A stretch of DNA of 64,000 bases from Vampirovibrionaceae bacterium NZW_1234 (lineage in GTDB: Bacteria > Cyanobacteriota > Vampirovibrionia > Vampirovibrionales > JAGQHJ01): the NCBI GenBank assembly GCA_041697335.1, contig JBGUGD010000023.1:64001-128000 (forward strand). Direction: 5' to 3'. The first letter of the stretch is position 1. Every line of letters begins with the position of its first letter. The notes under the pieces are model-generated. The model searched no databases and was not told the origin of the DNA. It saw only the letters and a program-made list of their open reading frames with translations. Of this stretch, positions 1-8,665 are shown one piece after another. The translations under genes were made by a program, and so were the position numbers.

Positions 1-371
1 TTGCGGGTTTAAACAAGAGCCCTCGTGACGCGGCTCAGGATTCCTTCAATGCCATCTCGCGTCGCTATATTATTTTAGACAGCAAAGATCGCTCTTACCG
101 GGGTCTGGGCTATGTCAACCTGAGAGTTCACCCCATTGTGGCTCAGGTGGCTCAGCTCTATCACGGTGATTTGGGGCGTGCCGGATACCGCTACGAAGAT
201 AAGCCGGAAGCCAAAAAAGCATTCCCGGTTCTGTTCCAGGTGATGGATATGCCGGACAAGGCTCGCGCTGGAAAACTGTTAAAAGAAGCCTTTGGCTATT
301 ATCAAGGCATTGACGGTTTTTCCAAAATCGTGGATAAATTCGTTTCCGACGTGCTGCCAAACCGGAAATAG
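1..371 (+). CDS. hypothetical protein, 5'-truncated by window edge
   Basis: Frame of the 138..371 ORF is open back to base 3; followed by a terminator-like hairpin. Confidence 0.7.
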   Translation, partial: AGLNKSPRDAAQDSFNAISRRYIILDSKDRSYRGLGYVNLRVHPIVAQVAQLYHGDLGRAGYRYEDKPEAKKAFPVLFQVMDMPDKARAGKLLKEAFGYYQGIDGFSKIVDKFVSDVLPNRK

Positions 372-394
372 GTTTCAATCCTGAAGTCCTTATC

Positions 395-427
395 AATCCC
401 CCTGTTCCTCCGGGTCAGGGGGATTTT
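395..427 (+). terminator. putative intrinsic terminator
   Basis: AATCCCCCTG...CAGGGGGATT stem followed by a short T run. Confidence 0.6.
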
Positions 428-533
428 GATGTTGGGCTCTGAGTTCCAGCACGCGCGCAACCGGTCAGGGCAATCGGTTTTTTATAGGGAAAGCCTTAAT
501 CGTTCAACCCACATGATGGGATAGGAGTTGATG

Positions 534-1751
534 ATGACCCAGATTCTTTCGCACTTTCCTTTGAAGACGGTTGCATCTCGTCGTCCCAGTATTGCCGTAA
601 TGCAATCTCAAAGCCGGTTTCCTTTAGGTGCCCGACCCATTTCCTCAGGACAGGATGTTGAAGCTCCGAGAAGACTCCGATTCGGATCAGCCATTCAAAT
701 CGACAAGATGCCTGTTTCGTCTGATGTGATGGCGGGGTTGCCCTCGCTGAAGGAGCTAAAAAAGCCGGTGGCTGTGGTTGTTGTCGGGGGGAATGCGACC
801 CAGCTGGTGATTGTTCACCCGAATAGTCAGTCGCTGGTGGCACAGACGTTGATACCTTTGGGCAGTAAAGGCAAAGGCACTGGTATCAATCCCCAGGGGC
901 TCGCCGGAACGGTGGTTCAGGGCCAGCTTCATGAGGCTTTCAAGGATTTTCAACGGGAACTGGAGGCTGCCGGTATTTTACCCGAACACCCTGAGCGTAT
1001 TCTGGCTGTGGCCACAGGCGGGGTCCGACAACTGGGGGATTCCGACCGGACTTGGGTTTTGGACACGGCGCAGAAACAGTATGGGATTCCTTTGAAGACA
1101 ATTGATGGCCACGACGAAGCCGATTTTGTTTATCGAAGTGTATTGACTGGGCAGCCCGTGGGAGCTTCTGAGCCGGTAAGGCTCATTGAAATCGGGGGCG
1201 CTTCTACGGAAATTGCCTCGGGGCGAGGAGTTTATAGCGACTCTCATCAGACAGTCACATTGCTGGTGGGTGGCGGCTCGCTGGGATTGTCTGAGCCTTT
1301 TGACCTGGGGCAATTGCAGACTGCACGCAATACGGTGTCCAAGGCAATTCACGCGTCCCAGATTCGCCCGGACGCAACGTTGCCTCGATTGTTTATGAAT
1401 CCCTCGGCGGTTTATCATACTTTGGCCACAGTCCATTTAGCCCAACATCCTGGAGAAGACCTGCTGAAAGAAGGTTTGTCGCTTCGGTTAATTCAACACT
1501 ATCTTTCTCCGGAAGGGTTACAAACCTTGAAAACGACTCATGATAGCGTCACCACTTCGGATAAAGCGCGTAAAGCTCTTAAAGACGTTCCTGCTAAACT
1601 GCTGATTCTCGAGCAGGTGCTGTTGAGTCTTGGGGCTAGCCCCGAAACGCTGGTCAGGTTCGGCTCCCCGGGAGGCATGAAAATGGGCGTGATGGCAGAA
1701 CTGATTGAAGCGGTCTCGGCTAAGGACACTGCCGCCAAGGACGCCTCGTAA
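534..1751 (+). CDS. Ppx/GppA-like (ASKHA fold) phosphatase with N-terminal extension
   Basis: Motifs VGGNATQL, VATGGVR, IDGHDEA and IEIGGASTEI parallel Ppx/GppA; SD AGGAG at 523-527. Confidence 0.75.
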   Translation: MTQILSHFPLKTVASRRPSIAVMQSQSRFPLGARPISSGQDVEAPRRLRFGSAIQIDKMPVSSDVMAGLPSLKELKKPVAVVVVGGNATQLVIVHPNSQSLVAQTLIPLGSKGKGTGINPQGLAGTVVQGQLHEAFKDFQRELEAAGILPEHPERILAVATGGVRQLGDSDRTWVLDTAQKQYGIPLKTIDGHDEADFVYRSVLTGQPVGASEPVRLIEIGGASTEIASGRGVYSDSHQTVTLLVGGGSLGLSEPFDLGQLQTARNTVSKAIHASQIRPDATLPRLFMNPSAVYHTLATVHLAQHPGEDLLKEGLSLRLIQHYLSPEGLQTLKTTHDSVTTSDKARKALKDVPAKLLILEQVLLSLGASPETLVRFGSPGGMKMGVMAELIEAVSAKDTAAKDAS

Positions 1752-1789
1752 ATTCGGGTCTGCAACTAGGGCAAGGCGCGACGAATGCG

Positions 1790-2002
1790 CTACAGGGCCA
1801 GGATCTGTTGCGAAAAATAGGTTTGAATGTTTGCAAAGACCGAGTTATAGATGAGGCCCATTTGCAATGGCGCAATGGCCACCACGGTGGCGACGATCAG
1901 AGCTCCCGTAATCATGGCTCCGGCGTACTCAATCATGGCTTGGCCGGGGTGGGCGTGGTTTTTCGCGGTGGTCGCCTGCATTTTTTTAACCATCATGGAC
2001 AT
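1790..2002 (-). CDS. Flp/Tad-type (type IVc) pilin-like protein
   Basis: G|QAMIEYA prepilin cleavage/Flp motif followed by a hydrophobic helix; 70 aa. Confidence 0.75.
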   Translation of the reverse strand: MSMMVKKMQATTAKNHAHPGQAMIEYAGAMITGALIVATVVAIAPLQMGLIYNSVFANIQTYFSQQILAL

Positions 2003-2120
2003 CCTCTCTTTCTCATTGGTGTGCCTGACGGAGCATCGGGCATGGGTTATTGGTATGTTCTTTTTATATATAGTTTAGACTGCTTTTCCATGACTTGCGT
2101 TCATCTTATGGTCTAGACCG

Positions 2121-3389
2121 GTGGATGAGACGTTAGCCATATTGCTAGTAACACTTTGGAGAAACCAAGCCGACTCGGCACGGGGCATGGTGGAAATACT
2201 GACGGATAGAGACCCTGAGGATACCGGACTCGTGAAACCCCTTGTTGAGCCAATGGCGAAAGACTTGATGCATTACCCTATTATTACGGCCAAAGAGTCC
2301 ATGAACTGCCGTGATATTATGAATCTCCTGCTGAAAAGCCATGTGAGTGGACTCCCTGTGACCGACAATGCCGGTCGATTGGTGGGGATGATTACGTTGC
2401 GCGATATTGTACGGATTAAGCATGACTTACCCTATATGCCCACTATGGCTGACAGCCAGAACGGTTTTGTAAAAGATTATATGATTTCCCGAGTGTTCAC
2501 AGCCTATCCGGACGATCCTATCAGCAAGATTGCCACGTTGATCTATGAGAACCATATTCATCGTGTGGTTATCGTGAACAAAAAGAATCAGCCTGTAGGC
2601 ATCGTCACGGCGTCCGACTTTGCAAGCTATTATCATCGTCAACTGTCAGGCAACCCCGGTTCTTCACCGCCTGCCTCGGAAACGTCGGGTTTGCCGGAAG
2701 CCCTCGTTAAAGACTATATGTCGAAACACCTCATCACCATTCGAGAGAATGATTCGGTCAATACGCTCCTGGAACTACTGGGGCATACCCATGTGAGCGG
2801 GGTGCCGGTGATTAATGAGCAGGGCGATCTGACGGGCATCGTCACCCGGACGGATCTGTCGCATCCGGTGTTATTGCGTTTCTTGCGGGAAGGGCGATCG
2901 CTCTATGAATTGTTTGTCAAGGATATTTATACCTCGCATCGGGTTATCGATGTTTATGTGGATGATACCATTGCCCATGCTTCTAAAGTGATGCTGGATT
3001 CCCAAATTCATCGGGTCATGGTTATTAACCACGAACAGCGCTATGTCGGGATTTTGACCAGCACGGATATTATGCGACTTTGCTCCGAGAATCACACTGT
3101 CCCTGAGCGCCAACCCCTTACCGATGTTCATATTGTGGTTGAAACCGCTGCCAACGTACCTTGTTCGTTGGCCCTTCGGGAGTGGGAAATTCAGATGCTC
3201 CGGCTTCTGGCCCAGGAGAAGACCATGAATGAAATTGCCGATATCTTGCATATGCAAGCCGATGAGGTCCTCGTTGAAAAAGAGAACCTGTTGACCAAAC
3301 TGAATGCCCGAACCATTGGTGAAGCCGTGGCTAAAGCCATTGAGGAGGGGTTGTACAATTACCGGTTTTCCTGCGAAAAGAACATATAG
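2121..3389 (+). CDS. CBS-domain protein (two pairs) with C-terminal LuxR-like HTH; start may be 2232 or 2253
   Basis: Four CBS repeats (SGLPV..GMIT, IHRVVIV..GIVT, SGVPV..GIVT, IHRVMVI..GILT); C-terminal REWEIQMLRLLAQ..EIADIL..KLN..AVAKAIEEGL. Confidence 0.85.
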   Translation: MDETLAILLVTLWRNQADSARGMVEILTDRDPEDTGLVKPLVEPMAKDLMHYPIITAKESMNCRDIMNLLLKSHVSGLPVTDNAGRLVGMITLRDIVRIKHDLPYMPTMADSQNGFVKDYMISRVFTAYPDDPISKIATLIYENHIHRVVIVNKKNQPVGIVTASDFASYYHRQLSGNPGSSPPASETSGLPEALVKDYMSKHLITIRENDSVNTLLELLGHTHVSGVPVINEQGDLTGIVTRTDLSHPVLLRFLREGRSLYELFVKDIYTSHRVIDVYVDDTIAHASKVMLDSQIHRVMVINHEQRYVGILTSTDIMRLCSENHTVPERQPLTDVHIVVETAANVPCSLALREWEIQMLRLLAQEKTMNEIADILHMQADEVLVEKENLLTKLNARTIGEAVAKAIEEGLYNYRFSCEKNI

Positions 3390-3412
3390 GCTGATTCAGT
3401 CTAATGTCGTGT

Positions 3413-3442
3413 GCCGTCTGCTTTTTGGGCAGGCGGCTTTTT
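3413..3442 (+). terminator. intrinsic terminator
   Basis: GCCGTCTGC/GCAGGCGGC stem plus TTTTT. Confidence 0.75.
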
Positions 3443-3559
3443 ATGGCGGACACGCGTAAACGGTGAGGGGCAAATTGTCACATATGGAAACAACCTGTTC
3501 CAAACATAATAATGATTGTTTTTATATTAATATTCGTACATTGAGAGAGCAGGAGAAAC

Positions 3560-4450
3560 GTGCCCATGGTGATGGCCAAACCCGCGGATAGAAATTCTGC
3601 AATGGAACGTGCATTGACCCGAGCCGACAGGCAAAAGGTAGAGTCCCGGTATTCCAAACAAAATGATGGTGTCGTCTCATTTGAAGAACTGGTGAGCGCC
3701 CGCAAGGAACTGCGTGCCGCCTTGGGTCTGGAGAGCAATACCATCGGGCAGCCTTTGGGCAAAGCCAATATCCGCAGTCTGAATGAAGAGCTCCGTGAAA
3801 CCGAACGGTTGATTAAAAATTTCTACCCCACAGCGGGGCAGGAAAAGAATCTGCTTTACGGCGGCAAAGGGACCAACCCGCGTCGGAATGAAAATATCTA
3901 CACCATTTCCAAAACCGAAGGCCAAAACGTGATTGACGCACCTATCAAGTTAAATGATACCGATATCTCGACCTTGGCCACCGACATCAACCGCACGCGC
4001 GGAAAAGCCTTGGTCGGACAGCCTTTTAGTGCAGAAGATCTGACGCGTTACAAAGGCCAATTGGAAGCAAAACTGGGCTTTAATGATCCATCCATGCTCA
4101 AACAGCTCAGCGATACGGATCGCCAGAGTACGCTGGACCAGCTGAATGCCGTGAACGCCTTGATTGAACAAAAAGATCAGGTGGATGCCAACCGTGACGG
4201 TAAGCTGAGTACCGATGAAATTAAGCGTTATTCCAATGCCAACAATTGGGGAGCCACAGCACCCGCTCCGGCACCTGTGCCAGTTCCCGCTCCTGTTCCG
4301 GTTCCGGCCCCGGTGCCAGTTCCGGCGCCTACGCCAACCCCTTCTCCCACACCGGTGCCTCCACCATCTGAGCCACCAACGGATATCAATGCCTTGCTTC
4401 AAATGCTTCAGACACTGCTTCAGCAATTGCAAGTACTCTGGGGCCGGTAG
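3560..4450 (+). CDS. EF-hand-like protein with Pro-rich linker
   Basis: DANRDGKLSTDE and QNDGVVSFEE loops; PAPVPV repeats; SD AGGAG upstream. Confidence 0.8.
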   Translation: MPMVMAKPADRNSAMERALTRADRQKVESRYSKQNDGVVSFEELVSARKELRAALGLESNTIGQPLGKANIRSLNEELRETERLIKNFYPTAGQEKNLLYGGKGTNPRRNENIYTISKTEGQNVIDAPIKLNDTDISTLATDINRTRGKALVGQPFSAEDLTRYKGQLEAKLGFNDPSMLKQLSDTDRQSTLDQLNAVNALIEQKDQVDANRDGKLSTDEIKRYSNANNWGATAPAPAPVPVPAPVPVPAPVPVPAPTPTPSPTPVPPPSEPPTDINALLQMLQTLLQQLQVLWGR

Positions 4451-4540
4451 AAAAAACTTTCTCGTCTTACACCGTTACATTAAAGAAGGTCTGACATGCT
4501 GGACCTTCTTTTCCTTATTTGTCGCTTTTTCACCCCAAGC

Positions 4541-5119
4541 TCAGCGTTGAGCGGTAATGCACTTGATAAGCTTGTCTTCCTGGTTTTGGCAGCCGCTTTT
4601 TTTATGGAGCAACAGTTTTTGCAGCAAGTTCGGGGTGTCCTTACCATGGGTGCTGAAGACAAAGTAAAAAGTTTCCTTGCGGCTATCGGGCCTGGTGAGG
4701 GTCCCAAGGCCATGGCCGCGACGAATACTGTCGGCCACGGGAGTGGCATCCATAGTGGAGCCATCGGAGCAGGTCAGCTGGGCATCGCCGACGAGACCTT
4801 TTACAGCAAGCGGATTCTTGCCGGAATAGCCGTTCATTTTAAACGTCCCGCTACATTGGGTGGGCTCATCCTGAAAGTTGATGGTAATGTGCCCTGTGTT
4901 TGCAAAGGCTGCATGATGCACTTTGCCGACAGCCAATTTGCAGCTTTTGTCCAGTGTGCCGAGCACATCGTATTGGAAGGCATAGGCCACAGGGGCTAGC
5001 ATCAACATTAAAGCCATCACGAGGCGGGCGCTGGAGAGGCATGATTTACTGCGATACATACTCACTCTCGACCTGGATCCCTTTGCTGCTGTTACTGCCT
5101 TTACTGATAGTATACCCAT
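4541..5119 (-). CDS. hypothetical exported protein (true start probably downstream of 5119)
   Basis: Signal-peptide-like LVMALMLMLAPVAYA; several Cys residues. Confidence 0.6.
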   Translation of the reverse strand: MGILSVKAVTAAKGSRSRVSMYRSKSCLSSARLVMALMLMLAPVAYAFQYDVLGTLDKSCKLAVGKVHHAAFANTGHITINFQDEPTQCSGTFKMNGYSGKNPLAVKGLVGDAQLTCSDGSTMDATPVADSIRRGHGLGTLTRPDSRKETFYFVFSTHGKDTPNLLQKLLLHKKSGCQNQEDKLIKCITAQR

Positions 5120-5713
5120 TTTTGTTGAGCGGAAAACCTTCTGGTTTGAAAGGTTTTCGGTGCACGATTCTTTAAAAGGTCCGTATTCACCAGGGCTGTC
5201 TGAATATGACCAGAATATCTCTGCTTTCAGAAGACAGGTACTCAGGGTAGAACACGAGGTCTATCTATATAAAAACCGGATGCTTTGCCTAAATGCTACT
5301 GTAAGATGAGGTTTTGGAAAGAATTAAGAATCAAAGGCCTTCTCTCAAGGTTCACTTGCTGGATACACGATAGGGACGGTATTGAAACCGAAGGCATTAA
5401 AACGTCGGCAAGACGCATAAACCACTGGAATAATTACTTTGGAGTGGCGTGGGAGGCATCCCTACGTGGTCGGTAATGGTCTGGGAAGGCTCAACGTATT
5501 TTAAAATTGACTGGTCTTTTTTTTGATGGATGAGAGGACTTTTGAAACAAGCAGCTCTGTTATCCTGACAATTGAATCTGCTTTAAATGATTGTAGATGT
5601 GGGTAATTTCCTATCCAAGGCAGCAAATGTATTCTGTTTCATACCGAAACTAACCATACCTAAGTGAAATACCTAACTAAGGCACGATTCTACAGCTAAG
5701 AGAGAGCTGGAGC

Positions 5714-5755
5714 GCTGGTATCCCGCAAACGGTTTGGGTTGCCAGCATTTTTTTT
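5714..5755 (+). terminator. terminator-like hairpin with no credible upstream CDS
   Basis: GCTGGTATCCC...GGGTTGCCAGC followed by T8. Confidence 0.55.
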
Positions 5756-5896
5756 GACTGTCTGTTGCAGAGAATGCTGACACAAAAGCTGTGGTTTTAA
5801 TACCACCCATACAGACAGTTATTCATAGGACCATCAGTTCAAAGCATAACGGGACTGAACCGCTGTGGAAGAATGGGGCTATTGTGTTTTAAAAGG

Positions 5897-5981
<85 letters not shown>

Positions 5982-6289
5982 ATAAGGGGGTGAATCGGAA
6001 GTAGTGTAACACCCTCTTGGATACAATTCAATGGGGATTTTAGATCCGGCATGGGATTCCCATCCCGAGGCGAATGATCTGGAAAAGCCCGCAGATCAGG
6101 ATTTTAGGACCCGAAAAAAGCGTTCCGGGATACTCATCATCTGCAAATCGTCGCTGATGCCATAAATGTCCTTTTGAAAGGCAGCTCAAGGAATCTAGAT
6201 GATAGTTTTTGAAGCGTTCAAACGTGACGCAATGGAGGGATATCTTTCTGGAGATAATTAGATATCCCACTAGGGACAAAAAGAAAAAA

Positions 6290-6361
6290 CTCCCCAGGTA
6301 GGATTCGAACCTACAACCGATCGGTTAACAGCCGATTGCTCTGCCATTGAGCTACTGAGGA
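6290..6361 (-). tRNA. trnN: tRNA-Asn(GTT)
   Basis: TCCTCAG acceptor strand, anticodon arm ATCGG-CTGTTAA-CCGAT, T-loop TTCGAAT; CCA not encoded. Confidence 0.96.
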
Positions 6362-6578
6362 ATGTGTAAAACCAGTCTCAACAACTGATTGTATTCAGTA
6401 TTGTAACAAGAATTGCCAAGAAGTAAAGGGAAGGTTGGAGGATTGCGAAAATCAACACATGTGCTAAAGGCTTTTTGCGTTCGGGCGTTACAATTATTTA
6501 TATTTTATATATCTTTGGCAATTTTAGGATATCCGATGTTTTTATTATCTTACGAAGAGACATTAGAGGGTTTTAATT

Positions 6579-8582
6579 GTGGGATACGGTCCTACTAATT
6601 ATGCGAATAATTTGCAGCAGCAGGTGAACAATTCGTTCCAGCAGCAGCGGCAAAGAATGATGAACCCGGCTCTGACTGGAGTAAGTTCCGATCAGCAGCT
6701 CAGTGCTCTTCAGTTGGCTGGTTTAGCACCGGGTGGGACAGTATTAGGCGATAATAGGCGCATTGCCGGAATTAGCATGGATTACCTGGGCCTGCCCCGG
6801 AATCCCATGGATCCGAATTCCATTATTGCGAATTTTGACCGCAATTATGGGCAAAACATCTTCTCGTACGCAACCGCATTGGGTGGCCCCAATAGCCTGG
6901 CGTCTCAACTCGATCGATCGTATCGGGAAGCCTTGGCCAAACAACAAGGCCGTCCACCATTTATGCCCATGCCCGGTGGTATGCAAGGGGGCTTCCCACA
7001 GCAAGGGTTCCCCGGCGGCTTTCCGCCTCAAGGCTTGCCTCCTGGCTACGGGTTTCCGCAACAAGGTTTACAGGGTGGTTTCCCGCCTCAGGGAGCCTTC
7101 CCGCAACAGGCTGGGTTTATGCAGCCGGGTTTCGCCCCAGGGCAACAAGTTCCCAATCCGTTTGGTCAGACAGGTAATAATATTAATGCCTTGCCGCAGG
7201 CGTCTAATCCATTCCAGCAGGTTCAAGCCGGTGGACAGATTCCAGGGCAGATAGGCCAGGTTCAAGGTATTGCCGGTGCAGTGGGTGCTGCCGCAGCGGG
7301 TGCAGTCGGTGCGGCCGGGGCGATGGATCCAATGACGATTATTATTCTGTTCCTGGTTCTGGCTCAGCTTACAAAAGGTAAGAAGGAACCTCCCATCCCA
7401 TTTGAAGGCTTCGAACTGGATAAGATCCTGAAAGCCATCAATGTTCAGGTGCCGGTGGACGCCAAGGACAGAGAAAAATTTGACGTCATCATCATTAACG
7501 AGCATAAACTCGATGCCCTGATGACTCGACTCGCCATTGATCCGGAAGATTATATTGAGCTTGAAAACAAGATTAACGCTGTCTTCGAGCGAGAGACAAT
7601 CGTTGATACCTATTTGACGGAATTTGGTTTCAATCCGCAGAATTACCTCTACGATATTGCCGGTAAGCTCGGCGCTCTGGAAACCAAGCAAAATCAGATC
7701 AACTTCCTGTATGCCAACATCGAATCCGACCCACCGGCTAACATTAACCTGATGGGTAAGCTGGACAAGTTGGCCGAGAGCAAGGAAGAACTTCGAGAGC
7801 TTGCAGCCCTGGTTGAATTAGATCCGCCGGAAAATGCCAAGCTGCCGGAATTCTATACGGCCTTGTTCAACAAATCCTTGGAATTGAACGGTTGGCTTAG
7901 CGAGTTTGGTTTGCCGGCACCGGCTGCCAATGCCACAATCCAAGACAAGCTGACCAGTCTGGAATCAGCACGGGCTGAAATGGATTACCTGTTGGTCAAT
8001 TTGGGACTGGATCCCGATGACTACGACTCCATTTATAAAGCTGCCAGAGCTGTTATTCAGAAAGAGGCCGATATTAATGCGTTGCTGATAAAAGCACAAC
8101 TGCAACCGGGTAATTACCAGACCATCGCCGATAAATACGACGCCCTGGTCAATAAGGAACTCGAGATCGATAGCAGTGGTCTGCTTGATGACTACGGTAT
8201 GGATGTCTCCGATGATGCCAGCTTGGCCGATAAACTCACGATGATTAAACAGGGCCGTACCGAAATCGAATTCCTGTTCCTCAACCTGGGCCTTGATCCG
8301 GCCGACTTTGATGGCGATCTCGACATCTTCAGTGAGATCCTGATCTATGGCGACGAGATCGATCAATTGCTGGAAGAGACGGCTGGCCTTGATGATGAGC
8401 CTGTTCCTCCGAATGCCACCTTGCGTGACAAGTTCAACATCCTGAAGGCTCGAGATGAGATGCTGACAGAGATATTGGAATCGCTGGATGAGGATCCTGC
8501 CGAATATCCCACCATCAAAGACAAGTTAGAGTTTCTGGAAGAATTGGCCGAGGAATTGCCGGAGGATGAACCTGAGTTCTAA
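6579..8582 (+). CDS. hypothetical protein: Q/G/P-rich N-terminal region, hydrophobic helix, ~11 acidic ~31-aa repeats
   Basis: 667-aa ORF; GFPQQ/GFPPQ repeats; TIIILFLVLA; recurring LxxxGLDPxxY....DKL units. Confidence 0.88.
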   Translation: MGYGPTNYANNLQQQVNNSFQQQRQRMMNPALTGVSSDQQLSALQLAGLAPGGTVLGDNRRIAGISMDYLGLPRNPMDPNSIIANFDRNYGQNIFSYATALGGPNSLASQLDRSYREALAKQQGRPPFMPMPGGMQGGFPQQGFPGGFPPQGLPPGYGFPQQGLQGGFPPQGAFPQQAGFMQPGFAPGQQVPNPFGQTGNNINALPQASNPFQQVQAGGQIPGQIGQVQGIAGAVGAAAAGAVGAAGAMDPMTIIILFLVLAQLTKGKKEPPIPFEGFELDKILKAINVQVPVDAKDREKFDVIIINEHKLDALMTRLAIDPEDYIELENKINAVFERETIVDTYLTEFGFNPQNYLYDIAGKLGALETKQNQINFLYANIESDPPANINLMGKLDKLAESKEELRELAALVELDPPENAKLPEFYTALFNKSLELNGWLSEFGLPAPAANATIQDKLTSLESARAEMDYLLVNLGLDPDDYDSIYKAARAVIQKEADINALLIKAQLQPGNYQTIADKYDALVNKELEIDSSGLLDDYGMDVSDDASLADKLTMIKQGRTEIEFLFLNLGLDPADFDGDLDIFSEILIYGDEIDQLLEETAGLDDEPVPPNATLRDKFNILKARDEMLTEILESLDEDPAEYPTIKDKLEFLEELAEELPEDEPEF

Positions 8583-8665
8583 TTCCGGGATGCTCGATAG
8601 GCATTTCAACCATTGAATAAGACCAAGAAGTAATACAAACAGAACGATTATAGGAACCAAGACCG

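Noticed and set aside
7270..7320. GAAAAGAV resembling the mammalian prion protein palindrome
   Set aside because: Low-complexity Ala/Gly match expected by chance; no evidence of homology.
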